This document shows, in pieces, positions 1-8,237 of a stretch of 64,000 nt of DNA; within the stretch, counting starts at the first letter, position 1; every line of letters starts with the position of its first letter. The notes under the pieces were generated by a model. It was not told the origin of the DNA. It saw only the letters and a list, made by a program, of their open reading frames with translations, and searched no databases. Source of the DNA: a virus. The translations under genes and the position numbers were made by a program. The DNA lies in IMG/VR virus record IMGVR_UViG_3300017991_000060, positions 32,001 to 96,000 of that record, one strand, 5' to 3'.

Positions 1-281
1 GGACCCCACAGACGGTTGATGCCGCCGACGCGGAGGCCGCCCTTGGTGAGCCAGTCCAACATCAAGATGCCGAACGGGAGGGTGCGGACCCGCGCGACGG
101 GGGCCACGTCGAGCGGCATGGCCGCGGTGCGGCCCCAGGTGCGGCCGATGGACTCCGCTATCGCGGACACCCGCGTCTGCCCGAGGGACGGCGAGCCGCC
201 CTGGTCGTAGGCGGAGAGGTCCGGCATCTTGAGGTCCTGCTTCTTCGGCTTCGGCTTGCTCGCCCGTTTTCTCTTGCTCAC
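1..281 (-). CDS. recA: RecA/UvsX-like recombinase, N-terminal part (truncated by window edge)
   Basis: Not in the ORF track. GTG at 281 behind AGGAGG, coupled (GTGA) to the upstream stop. Reads VSKRKRASK...AESIGRTWGRTAAMPL...TLPFGILMLDWLTKGGLRVGGINRLWG, matching the RecA segment ISTGSLSLDIALGxGGLPxGRIVEIYGP that precedes Walker A. Confidence 0.8.
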   Translation of the reverse strand, partial: MSKRKRASKPKPKKQDLKMPDLSAYDQGGSPSLGQTRVSAIAESIGRTWGRTAAMPLDVAPVARVRTLPFGILMLDWLTKGGLRVGGINRLWG

Positions 282-874
282 GTTCGCCTGTTCCTCCTGT
301 GCCGCTCCCCCTTGCCGAGCGGGACCCACGAGACGCCGGAGTCGCGCAGCTCGCTCTCGACGAGGGCGGCGAGGACCTTCCTACTTCCGTTCCCGTTGTG
401 CTCGTACATCGCCCGCACGGCGCGGGCGGCGGCGTCGATGAACGGTTGCGTGAACCAGTACCGGCCGCCCAGCTCGATGGACGATCCGGGCAGAACGCCC
501 CCCGCGAGCCAGGACCGCACCGTGGCCTGGGAACGACCTACAGCATCCGCGAGGTACCGAGTGGAGTACACCCACTGACCCTTCGCATCGTCGCGCGGGC
601 CGCGCACGGAGTCGATGGGCCGAACGCACCTGGGGAGTCCTCTCCGCCCGGCCGAGGTCGCGCCTCGCGGCGGGGTGGGCTCGGAGCGGTTGCGCTCGAA
701 CCGCTCCTCGGCGCGCCGCCTTCTCGCCGCGGCCCTCCGGCTCCTACTACGTTCGAGCACGGCCTCCCGGTACTCCCGGTCCTTCTTGTACCGCTTGCGC
801 CGGTTCGCGTTGAACGACTCGCGGTTCTCCTCGTACCACTTCCGGTACCTCTCCCGCGGCGTCTGTGCAGTCAT
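278..874 (-). CDS. Hypothetical DNA-binding protein, basic N-terminus plus MerR/excisionase-like HTH
   Basis: ATG 874 overlaps the helicase stop (ATGA), with a GGAGG RBS. YSTRYLADAVGRSQATVRSWLAGGVLP...GGRYWFT fits a MerR/Xis-type HTH. Confidence 0.6.
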   Translation of the reverse strand: MTAQTPRERYRKWYEENRESFNANRRKRYKKDREYREAVLERSRSRRAAARRRRAEERFERNRSEPTPPRGATSAGRRGLPRCVRPIDSVRGPRDDAKGQWVYSTRYLADAVGRSQATVRSWLAGGVLPGSSIELGGRYWFTQPFIDAAARAVRAMYEHNGNGSRKVLAALVESELRDSGVSWVPLGKGERHRRNRRT

Positions 875-2289
875 ACAGGCATCCTCCACGGCCAGGGTTC
901 ATTCCGAATGGTGAACCCCTTGGCCTTGTAGTATTCGAGTCGCCTATACGCCTGCTGGATCAACTTCCTGTGCCCATACACGAAGTCGAGTATGAGCGGA
1001 CGGCACGGTGCCTGGGGCTGTAGACCCCGGCCCATCGCCTGCCTGACATCGGTGATGGGTCCGAAGATGCCCAGGAGGGTCGGAGGTGGCTGGAAGTCCA
1101 CGCCCTTCGCTGCGGCCTTGAAGGTCCCGATGCATGGAGACTTCGCCATCTCCGTGGCCGTCGTGTTGCCGCCCACGTAGGACCCAGGGTTCGCGCCGCG
1201 CTGTCTGAGCCGCTCGACGACCAGGGCTATATGAGCGCGGAGCCCGGCGAGCGCGAGGACATGGCGGCCCTCGTCGTGCGCCCGGAACAGCATGTCCGCC
1301 ACGGTGGAGGTGTAGACCGGATCGGCCATCATCGCCTTCTCCGCCTCGACCCGGTTCAGGGTCCCAAAGGTGATGATGCGAGGGAACCCCATGTACGGCT
1401 CGCCGGTTTCCTTCCGCACCTTCGGGATGCGATGCTTGGTGTAGGGGATCGGGACGAACGCCACGTCGGCACGCATCTCCCTGGTGAGCTCAGCGATCAC
1501 CGGCCCGATAAGCCAGAAGATCGCTTGCTCCAAGCCGTCCTTCCGGTCCGGGGTCGCGCTCAGTCCGATGATGTAGGCGGCGTCGAACCGAACGAGCGCC
1601 CCCATAATGAGGTCGCACGGCGCGGAGTCGCACTCGTCAACGATGATCGTCCCGAACTTCCGGCGCACCTCCGGCGGGATGTCACGGTTCATCAAGGTCT
1701 GCGCCATCGCCACCACGATGGGCTTGTCCACGTCAAACCGCTCACGCTGGATCACCCCTACGGGCACCGGCCGTCCCTGGGCATCGCGCACGAACTTCTC
1801 CACGTCGCGGATGAACTGCCCCTTGAGGTTGTCCTGGGTGACGATGATGAGGACGTGGCCGCCGAGCTCCATCGCCGCCTGGATCGAGATGAGCGTCTTG
1901 CCGGAGCGGGTCGGCGCGACAAACACACCGCCGAGGCCGTTCGCCCTACAGCCGCTCACGATGTCTGTGATCGCTTGGCGCTGTCCAGGTGGGAAGGGTG
2001 GAGCGCCCCACTCGATGCCGGTGACGCTAGAACCCGGAGGTAGCGGCCATCCAGAACTCCGGTTGTCCATCGCGCGGAGCCAAGGGACGAGCCAAGCCCC
2101 CTCTGGAGAGAGGGGGTACGCCCTGGGGATGTGCGTCCACCGGCCGCCGTTCATCCAGAACGGCATCTGAATCGACGGGCCGTGCTGTTGACGTTGCCAC
2201 AGTGTCAGCGTGCGTTGTAGGTATTCCAGGGCTTGCGCTTCGTGGGGCTCCGCACCCAGCGCCAGGGTCCCAGACATCCATGCGTACAT
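871..2289 (-). CDS. Superfamily 2 DNA helicase (UvsW/XPB-like)
   Basis: Walker A APTRSGKT, motif II IIVDECD, motif III GLSATPDRKDG, motif VI-like RQAMGRGL. ATG 2289 follows GGAGG. Confidence 0.9.
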   Translation of the reverse strand: MYAWMSGTLALGAEPHEAQALEYLQRTLTLWQRQQHGPSIQMPFWMNGGRWTHIPRAYPLSPEGAWLVPWLRAMDNRSSGWPLPPGSSVTGIEWGAPPFPPGQRQAITDIVSGCRANGLGGVFVAPTRSGKTLISIQAAMELGGHVLIIVTQDNLKGQFIRDVEKFVRDAQGRPVPVGVIQRERFDVDKPIVVAMAQTLMNRDIPPEVRRKFGTIIVDECDSAPCDLIMGALVRFDAAYIIGLSATPDRKDGLEQAIFWLIGPVIAELTREMRADVAFVPIPYTKHRIPKVRKETGEPYMGFPRIITFGTLNRVEAEKAMMADPVYTSTVADMLFRAHDEGRHVLALAGLRAHIALVVERLRQRGANPGSYVGGNTTATEMAKSPCIGTFKAAAKGVDFQPPPTLLGIFGPITDVRQAMGRGLQPQAPCRPLILDFVYGHRKLIQQAYRRLEYYKAKGFTIRNEPWPWRMPV

Positions 2290-3847
2290 CCGCACCTCCG
2301 CCCGTGAATATACCCGGACGCGCGGCGTCTGTCAAACTGCCCCACTCCACTTGGTCGCACCCGACGACACCTACGACATCGTACGCAGTCGCGATGCGAA
2401 GCGTTGGATGCGGAATGCCGCGCGTCACCCGGAGCACATCTGGAAAGTCCGCCTCCAACCGCTTGAGCGCGTCGTTCACCGTGCCCGGCTTGAGGCCGAG
2501 GACCCGGGCGACGGTGCGGCGACCCAGGAAGAACTGGCGGCGGGGGTGTAGGCCGCGCCCCCAGAACCAGAACGAAATAAGGAAAGCAAGGACCCGCGCG
2601 TCAACCCTGGACCGGCGGCGGCGAAGCCGCTGGTGGACCTCCCACCACGGGTTCAAGGTACCCTCGATCTCCTCGGGAGGCGGGAACGCCGTCACCCACT
2701 CGGGCATCTCCTCACCCTTCGCCGGGGTCCAAGCGGCGAGGGCCGACACGTAGTCCGCGCGTCCGGTGGCCGCCGCCTTGGTCCCTGGTAGGTCCTGTAA
2801 CGCCTTCGCGATGCCGCGGGGGGAAACGCCTTGCCGGGCCATCTGCCGCGCAAGGTGCGCGTCCCTGCCGCTCCTGCCGCCTTTCCAAACAGCGACGGGG
2901 GAGGCTAGCGCCCATCGATACTGCGTGTGCCTTCGCTGCATCCTGCGGATGATCGCAGCGTCCCGAAGGGGGTCGCCCTCGGGGAGCGGCCCGACATCTC
3001 CAGGCGCGGGAACCGGAATCTCGCAGCGCAAGCCCTCCGGGAAGTAGGAGCGGAGCGCCTCGACCACCCGCTCCGGCTCGCACGCCGCCGCGCTCATCGT
3101 AACGGAGGAGCTCCGCGTCACGTTCGCGTCGCGCATCGCCTCGACCACCGCGTCCAGGTTCGTCACCGGCCGGAGCTCCGGCGTCAGTAGGATGCCGCCA
3201 CCGTGGTCATGGTCGGCTGGGTGAAGAGGGAGCGCGTGCATCGTCCCGTACCCAGCTTGGTGCTGCGCTCCTGGGATGATGTCGCACCGGCCGTCAGCCC
3301 CGATGGCCCGGCGGATCGCCCTCCCCACGGTCGAAGTCGCCGTCGTTGGGACCGGCGCGTCGAGGAACACAAATACGTGCGCCCCGGTGCCGCTCTTGCT
3401 CGCGAAGACGAGCGGGGGGAACCCGAGCCCGAGACACGCGCCGACCGCGGCGGCGACCATCTTCCCGGTGCCCGTCTCCCCGTTGTGCGCGTCGATGTCA
3501 ATGCAGAGGTAAGTGGTGCCAAGGCCGTCGCAAGTGTGCTCCCCGATGCACCCGCACTCACCGGTTCCGAGAAAGGGGTAGGACCCGGCACGGACGGCCC
3601 CAACGAGATGTGCGCGGAACGCCGTCTCGCGGTCTGTCCTGGGGGCGGGGTGCCATCCCTTCCAGATGCCGCGCTGTTCGAATAGGGCCGGTACCGGATG
3701 GCCGCAGAACAGGTCGAGGGACGCATCAAGCAAGCCTGGGTGGGCGTGCCGTCCTCCGGTGAGGGCGTCGAGCCCATACCCAGGGAGTCGGCGTGGGCGG
3801 CGGCGTGACCGACCCCTACACCAAGGGCACGAACATACTGTTTCCAA
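2027..3847 (-). CDS. Archaeo-eukaryotic primase (AEP/prim-pol, TOTE-like) with PriCT-like and HTH C-terminal regions
   Basis: YLCIDIDAH (motif I DxD), FASKSGTGAHVFVFL (motif II SxxGxH), GYGTMHALPLH (motif III region), and a later HTH LGRRTVARVLGLKPGTVNDALKRL. TTG start behind AGGAG. The last ~85 codons overlap the helicase and look like run-on. Confidence 0.8.
   Translation of the reverse strand: METVCSCPWCRGRSRRRPRRLPGYGLDALTGGRHAHPGLLDASLDLFCGHPVPALFEQRGIWKGWHPAPRTDRETAFRAHLVGAVRAGSYPFLGTGECGCIGEHTCDGLGTTYLCIDIDAHNGETGTGKMVAAAVGACLGLGFPPLVFASKSGTGAHVFVFLDAPVPTTATSTVGRAIRRAIGADGRCDIIPGAQHQAGYGTMHALPLHPADHDHGGGILLTPELRPVTNLDAVVEAMRDANVTRSSSVTMSAAACEPERVVEALRSYFPEGLRCEIPVPAPGDVGPLPEGDPLRDAAIIRRMQRRHTQYRWALASPVAVWKGGRSGRDAHLARQMARQGVSPRGIAKALQDLPGTKAAATGRADYVSALAAWTPAKGEEMPEWVTAFPPPEEIEGTLNPWWEVHQRLRRRRSRVDARVLAFLISFWFWGRGLHPRRQFFLGRRTVARVLGLKPGTVNDALKRLEADFPDVLRVTRGIPHPTLRIATAYDVVGVVGCDQVEWGSLTDAARPGIFTGGGADVRMDVWDPGAGCGAPRSASPGIPTTHADTVATSTARPVDSDAVLDERRPVDAHPQGVPPLSRGGLARPLAPRDGQPEFWMAATSGF
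2307..2335 (-). promoter_or_regulatory. Sigma70-type promoter for the SF2 helicase-recA operon
   Basis: Minus strand TTGACA-17 nt-TATATT, with the -10 element 17 nt upstream of the helicase ATG and the RBS in between. Confidence 0.8.
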
Positions 3848-3899
3848 GGGTCCGCTCCTGGCGCGTGATGCTTCCCCGAAACGCGCTTGGTAAGAGTCC

Positions 3900-4256
3900 T
3901 CAGTATCGCGTTTTCCTAAACTGAATGAAAGGGGTCAGCGAAGGATGGTCAGCGACTAACATCCGGGCGATATACGCCGTGTAGTTGTTGTTCACCTTGT
4001 AGTCCAGCCCGTAGGTGAACGTCACCTCCCAACGCACACGCTCTGCCAACAGCTTCACACCGAATCGCCGCCCCTTCGTGGACATCTCCAACGCAAACCT
4101 AATGAAGAGTCGATAAACGTCGGGATTCGCGGTGATCCACTTCTCCGCGGCCCTCCGAAGGTCCTCTCCAAAAGGGTTGTTCTCCCGCGCCGGTCCTACG
4201 TCATCCGGGTCAGGGATGCCGCCGAAGCCACCAACCATCGCGTCATGAAAGTCCAT
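3900..4256 (-). CDS. Conserved phage hypothetical protein
   Basis: ATG 4256 coupled to the polA stop (TGATG). NPDVYRLFIRFA...LAERVRWE...YKVNNNYTAYIAR is a pattern I recognise from phage hypotheticals. Confidence 0.7.
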   Translation of the reverse strand: MDFHDAMVGGFGGIPDPDDVGPARENNPFGEDLRRAAEKWITANPDVYRLFIRFALEMSTKGRRFGVKLLAERVRWEVTFTYGLDYKVNNNYTAYIARMLVADHPSLTPFIQFRKTRY

Positions 4257-6664
4257 CAATGTGCGTCTCCCCACGTCTTGGCTACAGCACCATCCGCGAA
4301 CACCGGGACGGCGAGCTGCACCACGTGCTCCAGCTCCCAACACATGATAGCGAGGACCTCGTGCGCCACCTCATCCGGCGCTTCGTAAAGGAGCTCGTCG
4401 TGGACCTGGTTGATGAGCTTCGCCTGCCGAACCAAGGGGTTCTCGTGATTCCGTAGGCGCTCTCGGATGCGGATCATGGCGAGCTTCATGATGACGCCGG
4501 TTCCTCCCTGGGCGAGCACATTCACCGCCTGACGGATGATCTCTTCCCACTCCCAGAACCGGAAGTTATCGGACTTCATCAGAAGGCGTTGCGCGTGGAA
4601 CCGGCGGACGTGCCCGCTGAACATCTGGACGTAACCGTGCTCGCTGACCTCGAACCGAACCCGCTTATGGAGCCTGGCCCGAACGTAGGGGTACTCCTTG
4701 TCCAGCGATTTGAGCGCGGCCTTCGCATCCTTGAGCGTCATGTTCTCGCGCCGAGCGAGGGTGCGGTGGCCCATGCCGTAGTTGAAGGCGTGGTTCACCG
4801 GCTTCGCGGCCTGGCGGCCTTCACCCGGCCCGTACTTGTCGAAAAGGCCGATGGCGACGGAGGACTTGCTATGGATGTCGCGACCCAGGCAGAACCCACT
4901 GAGCGGCGGCTGGTCCTTCTGGGCCTTGTCCCTCTTACCCTCAGCCGCTCCGCACACCGGGCACTCATGTAGGGGTTGGTCCGTCTCCCCAGAGTTCCCG
5001 CACTCCGCACAATCCCACCCGCGGAACAGCGCGAGGAGGGTAGGGTCCTTCGACTCGTGGGCGATGAGCCGGTTCTCGATCTGCGCGAGGTCGGCAGAGC
5101 AGAGGGACCAGTCCTCCTCGGAGATGAACACCTGGCGGAGCGACTGGACCCGCCAGACCTTGCGCTTCTTCTTCCCTTCCTGGACCTCGCCCGTCACCAC
5201 GCCGCGCGGCGGGTTGTCGTAGTCGGCATAGACGGTGCCGTCCTTCGCCGTGAACGGGAAGGGCACCTCCGGCATCGTGAACGGCCTGGGGATGTTCTCG
5301 ACGTTCGGATCGTCCGAGGAGAAGCGGCCGGTGCGCGCGCCGACCGGCCAGAACGAAGCGTGAATGCGGTTGTCCGGGTCCAACGTCGCGCGCTCCAGCA
5401 TCGGGGCGACGTAGGTGCCCATGATCTTCTCGTACGCCCGAAGGGTGAGGAGGCGCTGGATGTGCTCGCGGTAAGGCTTCAGGGCGTGCTGCGAGAGGTA
5501 CCCAAGGACATCCTTGTCCACCTTGCAGTACCCGTCGGACCGCTTCCACTTCGGCTGGAGTTCTCCGTTCCGTAGGGTCCATGGCGGCGGCCTAAGCTGC
5601 CACTCGTCCCATATCTTCTTCGCCACCTGGGGCGTCGAGGCCGGGTTGAACAGGTCCTTCTCCGGCGCGCCCTCGATGACGCCGCCCCACCGCTCTACGA
5701 CTTCGGCGCGGAGGTCTGCAAGGACCTTCTCCATCACGCCGTGCATGGAGGCGATCTCATCGATGTCGATCTTGAGTCCGTTCTCCTCCATCTCCGTCAC
5801 GCACGGGTGACACACCTTCGTCTCCAGGTCCACCAGAGAAAAGAGGTCCACGCCGTACCTCTCGGAGTCGCGCTGTAGGCGCGGCCAGAGCCAGAAGAAC
5901 ACGCCAAGAGTGATGCCTGCGTCCTCAGCGCCGTAAAGAGAAAAGCGTTCGATGGCCTCGCGGTCGTACTTGCCGAGGACGACCGGCTCGATGATCTCCC
6001 GCATCGCGGCCTCGACGTTCCGCTTCAACATCCGCGCCGGTAGGCGCATGACGGCCTGGGTGAGCGGCGGCCACGACGGATCGATGCACGGCTCCTCCTT
6101 CAACTTCTTCCGGTGGTCGCGGTAGACCTCCCAGCACTCCTTAAGAAGTCGCCGCACCTCCTTCGGGCCTTGCTTCTTGATCTTCGCTATCTCGCGTTGA
6201 GTCTGCGCGTAGGAGGACTGGCCGTGCATCCCGAGAAGGGTACCGCCGAGCTCCTTCAGCCCCTTCGGCATGTTCTCGTCGTAGACGTGGATCATGGAGA
6301 AGGTGCACCACACCCGGCACCTGAAGTCGTCCTCCGTCACCCCACGGGCGCGGATGACCTGAGCGTCCACCTTGGGCGGGTGCATAACGAAATGCCGGTT
6401 CGGGTCCCGAATGATGGGGAGCAACACGTTCTCCCGGACGTACGACCACGGGTGGATCTCGGAGCCATTGATGTAAGGCCAGAAGGTACAGAAGATCCCC
6501 GTCTCCGGCGTGCCCCCAGCGAAGGAAATGCCATGGAGCGGGGCATGACACGTCGGCTTCCCTTCGCTCGTGTCGAACTCGGTGTCCATCGCGACGACGG
6601 GGGAGACGGTGGAATCGAGTAGGAGAGGGATCGCTTCGTCGGGGGTGAGTACCTTCAGTTCCAT
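4256..6664 (-). CDS. polA: Family A DNA polymerase with 3'-5' exonuclease
   Basis: Exo I DTEF, Exo II HPPKVD, Exo III YGAED; ARTGRFSSDDPNVENIP; motif A ADLAQIENR; motif B RQAAKPVNHAFNYG; motif C QVHDELL. Confidence 0.97.
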   Translation of the reverse strand: MELKVLTPDEAIPLLLDSTVSPVVAMDTEFDTSEGKPTCHAPLHGISFAGGTPETGIFCTFWPYINGSEIHPWSYVRENVLLPIIRDPNRHFVMHPPKVDAQVIRARGVTEDDFRCRVWCTFSMIHVYDENMPKGLKELGGTLLGMHGQSSYAQTQREIAKIKKQGPKEVRRLLKECWEVYRDHRKKLKEEPCIDPSWPPLTQAVMRLPARMLKRNVEAAMREIIEPVVLGKYDREAIERFSLYGAEDAGITLGVFFWLWPRLQRDSERYGVDLFSLVDLETKVCHPCVTEMEENGLKIDIDEIASMHGVMEKVLADLRAEVVERWGGVIEGAPEKDLFNPASTPQVAKKIWDEWQLRPPPWTLRNGELQPKWKRSDGYCKVDKDVLGYLSQHALKPYREHIQRLLTLRAYEKIMGTYVAPMLERATLDPDNRIHASFWPVGARTGRFSSDDPNVENIPRPFTMPEVPFPFTAKDGTVYADYDNPPRGVVTGEVQEGKKKRKVWRVQSLRQVFISEEDWSLCSADLAQIENRLIAHESKDPTLLALFRGWDCAECGNSGETDQPLHECPVCGAAEGKRDKAQKDQPPLSGFCLGRDIHSKSSVAIGLFDKYGPGEGRQAAKPVNHAFNYGMGHRTLARRENMTLKDAKAALKSLDKEYPYVRARLHKRVRFEVSEHGYVQMFSGHVRRFHAQRLLMKSDNFRFWEWEEIIRQAVNVLAQGGTGVIMKLAMIRIRERLRNHENPLVRQAKLINQVHDELLYEAPDEVAHEVLAIMCWELEHVVQLAVPVFADGAVAKTWGDAH

Positions 6665-6684
6665 CGCTCGCTCCAGGTGAGACG

Positions 6685-6715
6685 GTGGGAGGCGGGCGTT
6701 ACCCCGCCCCCCACC
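6685..6715 (-). other. GC-rich hairpin between ssb and polA
   Basis: Minus strand GGTGGGGGGCGGG-GTAACG-CCCGCCTCCCACC forms a near-perfect stem. There is no U-tract, so it is not called a terminator. Confidence 0.4.
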
Positions 6716-6723
6716 GGGGGAAA

Positions 6724-8148
6724 CTAGAACGGCTCATCCTTGCTGCCGGGCTGGGACGAGTTCCAACCCTGCTGGAAGTCGTAGCCGCCACCGACAGCGG
6801 GCGGCCCGTTCTGACCCTGGGGAGCGGCCGGGGGAGCGGCCTGACCCTGGGGAGCGGCCGGGGGCTGGCTCGGGGGAGCCGGGGTAGCCGGGGGAGGGGC
6901 CTGGGGTTGCGCCGGAGGAGCGGCCGGGGGCATCTGGGCCGGGTTCGGGGCCTTCGGCACGGACTCCAAGGGGGTGCCTCCGAACGTAGGGGGCTGGGGA
7001 GCCGTCTGCTGCGTCGGGGGCGGCGGGGGTGCCTGGGCACCGGCGGGCGGCTGAACGCCCGGAGGAGGCGGCGGCGTGGCGGCCCAGGGGGGCGGAGCGG
7101 GGGGAGTGCCCGGAGCCGCGGGCGCGGGCGGAGTGGCCGGGGCCTGGGGCTGTGCCGGGGGAGCGTGCGCCGGAGCCGGAGGCCCTACGTGCGTCGGCGG
7201 GGCCTGGGGCGCTGCCGGGGCCGTGCCGGGGAAGGGCGGGGGAGCTGCCGGGGCGGCCGGGGGCTGGCTCGGGGGAGTGGGCGGGTTGTACGCCGGGACC
7301 TGGCCCGGCATCACCGCGCCGGGGGCCGGGGCGAAGCCGCCAGGAACGCCCGCACCGGGAGCGCCGGGGATCGGGGGCGCAGACTGCCACCCCCCACCGC
7401 CGCCCTGGGCACCGAGCTGGCCCTCCAGGTATCCGACGAACTGCGACGCCTCCTCGGGCTTGTAGGTCCCGATCTCCTGCCCGTAGTCGATGGGAGAGAT
7501 GAGCTCAGCCACCGTCGCGGCGTGGTCCTTCGGCTGTTCGCCGCGCCGCTGGGAGCTCTCCATCATGCCCTTGATGGCCGGGGAGTACCAGAAGTGCTCC
7601 GTCGGGTTCACCACCCCGAGGTCGGTCCAGTGGTCGCCGTGCTTCGCGCTCGTCTGGGGCTTACCCTTCGGGGCCTGGGACCTGTAGACCTTGAACCGGC
7701 GGAACTTCATCTGCCCGTACGTCCTAGCGAGGTGGGAGAAGGAGTCGAAGCCCTTGGCGTCGAGCTCCAGGAGCATCTTCATGTCCTTGTACTGCTTGTT
7801 GTTGTAGGTAAACTCCCGCTCGTCGATGATCGTCACGTACGCGAGCCCGTCCCGGCCGATCTTCCGGGGGTACTTGAGGGAGGCGTTGCAGACGAGGCAC
7901 TCGCGCGGGCAGGGGTCCTTGTTCCCGTCGGGGTTCCAGCCCCAGCACGTCTGCCTCATCCGCGCCGCTACGTTGTCGCGGCGGAGGAACAGCTTGTGAC
8001 GGACGACCCGCACGGGCGGCTCATCCAGGATGGTGATGGTCGTCTCGCCCCCAGGCGGGAGCCAGAAGATCCTCGGTCCCTTGACGGCGCGGCCCTTGTC
8101 TACGTTCAGGTCGCCCGCCTGACCATAGCCTCTCGGCAGTTCCGGCAT
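6724..8148 (-). CDS. ssb: Single-stranded DNA-binding protein (gp32-like core, Pro/Ala/Gln-rich linker, acidic-aromatic tail)
   Basis: ATG 8148 behind AGGAAGGA. Core PRIFWLPPGGETTITILDEPP...H...CWG...CPRECLVC (putative Zn site), about 200 aa of P/A/Q low complexity, ending SKDEPF like an SSB C-terminal tip. Sits between primase and polA. Confidence 0.7.
   Translation of the reverse strand: MPELPRGYGQAGDLNVDKGRAVKGPRIFWLPPGGETTITILDEPPVRVVRHKLFLRRDNVAARMRQTCWGWNPDGNKDPCPRECLVCNASLKYPRKIGRDGLAYVTIIDEREFTYNNKQYKDMKMLLELDAKGFDSFSHLARTYGQMKFRRFKVYRSQAPKGKPQTSAKHGDHWTDLGVVNPTEHFWYSPAIKGMMESSQRRGEQPKDHAATVAELISPIDYGQEIGTYKPEEASQFVGYLEGQLGAQGGGGGWQSAPPIPGAPGAGVPGGFAPAPGAVMPGQVPAYNPPTPPSQPPAAPAAPPPFPGTAPAAPQAPPTHVGPPAPAHAPPAQPQAPATPPAPAAPGTPPAPPPWAATPPPPPGVQPPAGAQAPPPPPTQQTAPQPPTFGGTPLESVPKAPNPAQMPPAAPPAQPQAPPPATPAPPSQPPAAPQGQAAPPAAPQGQNGPPAVGGGYDFQQGWNSSQPGSKDEPF
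6811..6864. repeat. 24-nt direct repeat (30-nt period) in the ssb linker
   Basis: ctgaccctggggagcggccggggg at 6811-6834 and 6841-6864, encoding PPAAPQGQ twice. Confidence 0.9.
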
Positions 8149-8237
8149 CAGTCTTTCCTTCCTGCTGGCTCTGGCGGCTGGCCCACGGCCACCGCTTCCG
8201 AGCACGCTGCACACAGAAACACACACAGTCCGCTGCC

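Noticed and set aside
871-3847. TOTE or other anti-phage defence system (AEP plus SF2 helicase)
   Set aside because: The two are separate genes inside a phage replication operon, split by a promoter, with no other defence components. A replication role is more economical.
6800-7400. G-quadruplex-forming tract on the plus strand
   Set aside because: The G-runs are fully explained by CCC/CCG proline codons of the SSB linker. There is no independent evidence of function.
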